A program made the translations under genes and the position numbers. Source: Naegleria gruberi (taxonomy: Eukaryota). From it: DNA of 64,000 bases. Every line of letters starts with the position of its first letter. Position 1 is the stretch's first letter. Below, in pieces: positions 62,553 through 64,000 of this stretch. The notes under the pieces are model-generated. The model was not told the origin of the DNA. It searched no databases and was given only the letters and a program-made list of their open reading frames with translations. The DNA lies in NCBI GenBank assembly GCA_000004985.1, contig GG738868.1, one strand, 5' to 3'.

Positions 62553-63857
62553 ATGAATAAATCATCATCATCATCAACATCTAATAATCGGAACGCTTCA
62601 CCATCAAATAGTAATACAAGTCAGAGTGTAAGTGGAGGTGGTGGATTATTAGGAAATAATAGTCATTTATTATCAACAAATTCAATATTAAGTACATCAT
62701 TTACAAAAAGTAAATCATTTGATATTGGTGATTCTAAATTAAGTGATGATATTTTAAATACACAAAATAAATTTAATACAATACATCAATCTTCATCAGA
62801 TTTAAATAAATTAAAAAATAATAATTCAAATAATATTTCAAATAATAATATAAATAATAATAATAATATAAATAATAGATCAAATAATAATTTTTTAAAT
62901 TTATTTAAAAGATCAAATAGTAATGATTTAAATAATGATTTAAATTTTAATGAACAAATTCAAACATCATCACTTTCCTATTATGAACAATGGTATGAAT
63001 ATGATTTAAAAAGAAGAGAATTAAAATTTAATATTAAAAATTCTTTAAAATTAATTCAAAATAGATTTTCATATAAAAGAGAAATTGGTTTTGATCATTT
63101 AATTCAATTAATTACAAATTTAGAATTAAATTTAATTGATAAAGATATGTTTACTTTAATACATAAAAAATTAGATCCAGATACAAATAGTATGTTTTTT
63201 TTAATTTTAATTTATTTACTATTTTATTATTTTAATTAATTTAATATTTTTCTTAATATTTTAATTTAATTTTTAAAAGTAATTGCTGGAATGATAACAT
63301 ATTTACAATTTAATAATAATTATGAAATATCACCAATAACAAGTAATGAAATATATAAATGTTTACTTGTAATAGAAGGATGTTGTTTAATAAGTAATTC
63401 ATGTTCAAATTCATTAGTTTCCATAAATGGAATTAAAATAATATTAAAAATATTATCAGATATGAAAAATGATCAAGATGAAATATGGGATGAAATTAGA
63501 TTAACATGTTTAGATACAATACAATCATGTTTACATAATTGTAATCAAGGTGTTTATTCATTTTGTGAAGATTCAAGTAGTGGACCTGATGTTATTTGTA
63601 CCATTTTAAGAAATAGAGATTTACCTAAATTATTAAGATCTAAATGTGTTGAATTTTTTTGTATTTTATTTAAATTATTAGATTTAAATGAAAATGATCA
63701 TTATTTATTATTAAAAACTTCAGAAAGAATTAAAGTTTTTTTAGGAAATGTTTTAACTAAAAATTTATTAGATTTATGGAAAGATTTAAATAATGAAAAT
63801 ATTATTAATGTTATTAAATGTGATGAATTTATTGATTTAATTGATGAGAGATTTTAA
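62553..63857 (+). CDS. Hypothetical N/S-rich protein with C-terminal helical (armadillo-like?) domain; 2 exons (62553..63194, about 63287..63857)
   Basis: The two ORFs are joined by a GTATGTTTTTTTT...TTTTAAAAG intron. No family I recognise. Confidence 0.4.
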
Positions 63858-64000
63858 TATTTTTAATTGTAATAATAATTGTAATTGTAATTGTAATATT
63901 TATTAAAATTAATTAAAATAATAATAATAATTAAATAAAATTATTATTATTATTAATTTGATCAAATTCATATAAATTATTTTTAAATGTTTGAATTAAA

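Overview
The window is eukaryotic nuclear DNA and looks like a dictyostelid social amoeba. The evidence is AT-rich sequence, short AT-rich introns with GTAAGT...AG boundaries, many poly-Q/N/S low-complexity coding tracts, and no prokaryotic organisation (no CRISPR arrays or operons). Intergenic regions (roughly 60-65% AT by eye) are too AT-poor for D. discoideum itself. A group with intermediate GC, such as Cavenderia or Heterostelium, is a guess. I reconstructed about 32 protein-coding genes, most with 1-5 short introns. Recognisable genes:
- SH3-DH-PH RhoGEF
- TreT-type GT4 glycosyltransferase
- CUE/RGG/Q-rich Def1-like protein
- YME1-like i-AAA protease
- PP4R1 HEAT-repeat subunit
- R2R3 Myb factor
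- rpS14
- GATA+PHD finger protein
- homoisocitrate/isocitrate dehydrogenase family enzyme
- COX5b
- ATP synthase subunit g
- SpoU methyltransferase
- PTS2-tagged L-bifunctional beta-oxidation enzyme
- LRR/coiled-coil protein
- five F-box proteins, one of them fused to Kelch repeats and a Rac GTPase carrying Q61P
- a PH-domain polytopic membrane protein
- UPF0538
- Naa50
- N-myristoyltransferase
- several orphan N/Q-rich ORFs.
The last 18 kb is extremely AT-rich and contains a 1019-nt assembly gap. The strongest non-genic signal is a recurring palindromic E2F-like element (TTTGGCGCCAAA and variants). I found about 10 copies, all 45-370 bp upstream of start codons. I found no tRNA genes or intact mobile elements.
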